From assembly GCA_963696985.1 (NCBI GenBank), contig CAVOMG010000001.1:299024-363023 (forward strand): a stretch of 64,000 nucleotides of DNA, given 5' to 3'. This document shows, one piece after another, positions 61,737 to 64,000 of this stretch. Within the stretch, counting starts at the first letter, position 1; each line of letters starts with the position of its first letter. Source of the stretch: an uncultured Thermoplasmata archaeon. Its GTDB lineage: Archaea > Thermoplasmatota > Thermoplasmata > Lutacidiplasmatales > UBA184. The translations under genes and the position numbers were made by a program. The notes beneath the pieces are model-generated. The model saw only the letters and a program-made list of their open reading frames with translations, was not told where the DNA came from and searched no databases.

Positions 61737-64000
61737 TCAGCGCGGCCCCACGGGCGGGCCGATCTCCCCGGCCCCCGCTACGGGTTTCCGCGGTCGACGA
61801 AAACGCTTCGTCACCCTCGCCCAGGCGCTATCGAGGCGCCCCCAGGAGCGCCCGGGGGTCAACCGTCGGAGGATGAGCACGCTTACGGCGATCACCGAGA
61901 GCGCGAGGAAGCCGGTCGCCCACGTCGGTCCGTAGCCGGAGAGGCCGAAGTACCCCGGTGACGGCGTGCTCGGCCCGGAGGGGATCAGCGTGAAGCGGAT
62001 CTCCTCGAGCACGGGCGAGCCCGCGACGACGATCGTCCCGTTCGGCGGGCTGGCACGGAACCCGAGGACGACGCCCACCGTGAACGGGTAGTCGGTCCCG
62101 TTCGCGATCTCGAAGGTGACGTTCGATGATACCGAGCGGTTCACCTGCCCGTTGAGGTCGACCGACCAAGCCGCCCCGCTTGGCAGGCCGGATTCGGAGA
62201 ACTGAACGGGATACCTCCCGTAGACCGGGGGAACCCGGAACGCCACCGATCCGGACGCCGCTTCGGCGGCCGCGAGGACCGGTTCCGGCCCGCCCGCCGC
62301 GAGGACGGTCGGGTTCCCGACCGTCGGGAAGCTGCCGGCGACGGCGTCGGTGCTCCCGTCGACGGCGACCAACCGGGACTCGGTCGGTTCGTCGACGTAG
62401 AGGAGGCCGCTCTCCGGATCGTAGACGAGTGCTCCGAGGGGAGGCGCGGGGACCAGGGAGCGGGCGAGCGAGAGCCCCGGACCGACGTAGGATTCGAGCG
62501 CGTTCGCCCCGCCGACCGCGCCGCCCCCGACGACCACGAAGAGCGCCTTGTCGGCCGAGTCGTAGGCGATCGCCTCGGGCGAGCCGGTAACGGGGATCGT
62601 GCCCACCACGGTCCCGCTCCGGGCGTCGAGGACGCTCAAGTTGGCGCTCGCTCGGTTCGCGACCACCATGGCGTCGGCCGCCGAATCGAACGCGAGGCCG
62701 ACCGGATCGGCGCCGACCGTGACGGTCCGGTCGACCGCCCCGTTCGTCCCGTTCACGATCGTGACGCTCGAGTTGTCCGGATCGGTCACGAACAGCGCCT
62801 GGTCGACCGGATCGAGGGCGATCTGGCCCGGGGCGAACGGAAGATAGGTCGCCCCGACCACCCCGATGCCCTCGATCGAGACGAAGCTGATCTCGTTCGA
62901 ACCGGCGTCGGCGACGGCGACGCTCCGGTTCGCGGGATCGTCGGCGATCCCCGTGGGATCCAATCCGACCGGGATCGTGGCCACGACGCTGTGGAGCCGC
63001 CCTTGGATCACGATGACGTACCCCGAGTAGGCCTGCGGATCCGAGACGAACCACTCGTCCGAGGGCGGATCGTAGACAAGGCCGTCGGGGGCCGCCGCCG
63101 TGGGCAGGATGCTCGAAAAGCGGTTCGTGGTCGCATTGATCACATCGACCGCGCTCGCGTTGACGTCGGCGACGAAGACCCATCCGTTCGAGAGGTCGGG
63201 CACGATCCCGCGGGTCCCGCGCCCCGTCGGGATCGTCGCGAACACCGAGGGCACGATCCCTCTCAGGACCGCGAGGCCGCCCGACCCGGCCTCGGTGAGG
63301 TAGACTTCCCCGTTGAAGCCATCGTAGACCGCCGAGAGGATCGCCGCCGGCACGAACACCCGGACCGTGACCGCGTGGGTGCGCGGGCTCACGAGGTCGA
63401 CGAGCGCCGTCGACCCGGACGCCACGTAGAAGAAGGCATCGGCGCCGTCGTACACGATCGATGTCGGGTCCGGGTCGACGGTCACGGTGGCGCTGACCGC
63501 CCTCTGGGTCACGTTGAGGATGCTCACGTTCCCGCCGACCGGATTCGCTACGTAGACATCGCCGCTCACCGGGTCGAGGGCGATCGGACCCGGGGTCCAC
63601 CCGAGGGGAACGGATTGGATCAGGCGCCCGCTCGTGCCGTTCACCACTTCGACCGCATCGGCGCCGACATCCGTGACCCAGAGGTCGCGGTCGAACGGGT
63701 CGAAGATCACCGTGGTCGGTGACGTCCCGACGGAGACGGTCCCGACGACGGATTCCGAGGAATCGTTGAGGAAGGTCAGTTCGCTCGAGTTCCGGTCGGC
63801 GACGACCATGGAGCCGTTCGCCGGATCGTAGACGATCGACGTCGGGGCGAACCCGACCCGGACCGTCGCCCGGAGGCTTTCGGACCCCGCGTTCACGATC
63901 GAGACGGTGCCGAGAGCCGTGTTCGCCACGAAGACGTCCCCCTGCGCCGGGTCCACACCGAAGCCGTCGGGAGACGAGGGCCCCGAGCCGATCGGCACCG
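61737..64000 (-). CDS. Large cell-surface protein with tandem YVTN-family beta-propeller repeats and a C-terminal TM anchor. The 5' end lies beyond the window.
   Basis: Many ~40-residue repeats of the pattern G..P.gia(y/v)D...g.vYVan..s..Vsvid, N-glyc sequons, and a C-terminal hydrophobic anchor FLALSVIAVSVLIL followed by a basic tail. Confidence 0.65.
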   Translation of the reverse strand, partial: VPIGSGPSSPDGFGVDPAQGDVFVANTALGTVSIVNAGSESLRATVRVGFAPTSIVYDPANGSMVVADRNSSELTFLNDSSESVVGTVSVGTSPTTVIFDPFDRDLWVTDVGADAVEVVNGTSGRLIQSVPLGWTPGPIALDPVSGDVYVANPVGGNVSILNVTQRAVSATVTVDPDPTSIVYDGADAFFYVASGSTALVDLVSPRTHAVTVRVFVPAAILSAVYDGFNGEVYLTEAGSGGLAVLRGIVPSVFATIPTGRGTRGIVPDLSNGWVFVADVNASAVDVINATTNRFSSILPTAAAPDGLVYDPPSDEWFVSDPQAYSGYVIVIQGRLHSVVATIPVGLDPTGIADDPANRSVAVADAGSNEISFVSIEGIGVVGATYLPFAPGQIALDPVDQALFVTDPDNSSVTIVNGTNGAVDRTVTVGADPVGLAFDSAADAMVVANRASANLSVLDARSGTVVGTIPVTGSPEAIAYDSADKALFVVVGGGAVGGANALESYVGPGLSLARSLVPAPPLGALVYDPESGLLYVDEPTESRLVAVDGSTDAVAGSFPTVGNPTVLAAGGPEPVLAAAEAASGSVAFRVPPVYGRYPVQFSESGLPSGAAWSVDLNGQVNRSVSSNVTFEIANGTDYPFTVGVVLGFRASPPNGTIVVAGSPVLEEIRFTLIPSGPSTPSPGYFGLSGYGPTWATGFLALSVIAVSVLILRRLTPGRSWGRLDSAWARVTKRFRRPRKPVAGAGEIGPPVGPR

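Noticed and set aside
59484-63600. Long antisense ORFs (59484..61118 +, 61828..63600 -, 62180..62590 +) over topA and the YVTN protein.
   Set aside because: Antisense or alternative-frame read-throughs of strongly supported genes. R/G/P/D-rich.
1-64000. Search for a CRISPR array, rRNA genes, or transposase/integrase genes.
   Set aside because: No short direct repeats with regular spacing, no rRNA-like conserved stretches and no recognisable transposase/integrase/recombinase motifs were seen in any frame.

Overview
High-GC (~65-70%) archaeal chromosomal segment, mostly a housekeeping backbone with one short accessory patch. No rRNA gene, CRISPR array or recognisable mobile element was found. 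Archaeal hallmarks are LonB with a membrane insert, proteasome alpha subunit, archaeal-type NMN adenylyltransferase, PolX, an F420-type reductase, TATA-like promoter boxes and many ATGA start/stop overlaps. I identified: (1) a compact lysine-biosynthesis operon dapA-dapB-lysC-lysA-dapL beside an Lrp regulator; (2) acs, msrA, cyclophilin, pirin, an M3 oligopeptidase, tmk, and amt facing a gltD-like oxidoreductase; (3) a DNA-maintenance block with polX, uvrA-uvrC, topA, lonB, folD, psmA and nadM; (4) two tRNAs, Thr-CGU and Phe-GAA; (5) a lower-GC accessory patch at ~38.4-45.9 kb with small membrane proteins, a cupin, a SAM-methyltransferase and two type II toxin-antitoxin pairs (vapBC, RHH/RelE); (6) an operon of membrane-anchored Kelch, bPH and zinc-ribbon proteins next to a LURP-one/Tubby-like protein; and (7) a partial YVTN beta-propeller surface protein at the 3' end. 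At least 18 conserved genes are split by single-nucleotide frame changes, mostly at homopolymer runs. This looks like systematic indel error in the assembly rather than biology, so individual 'pseudogenes' should not be over-interpreted. I see no complete novel defence or biosynthetic system. The most interesting unexplained items are two long structured intergenic regions (candidate ncRNAs), a 22-bp perfect palindrome upstream of topA, a ParB-like (DGHHR) nuclease gene beside a coiled-coil membrane protein, and the Kelch/bPH/zinc-ribbon operon.
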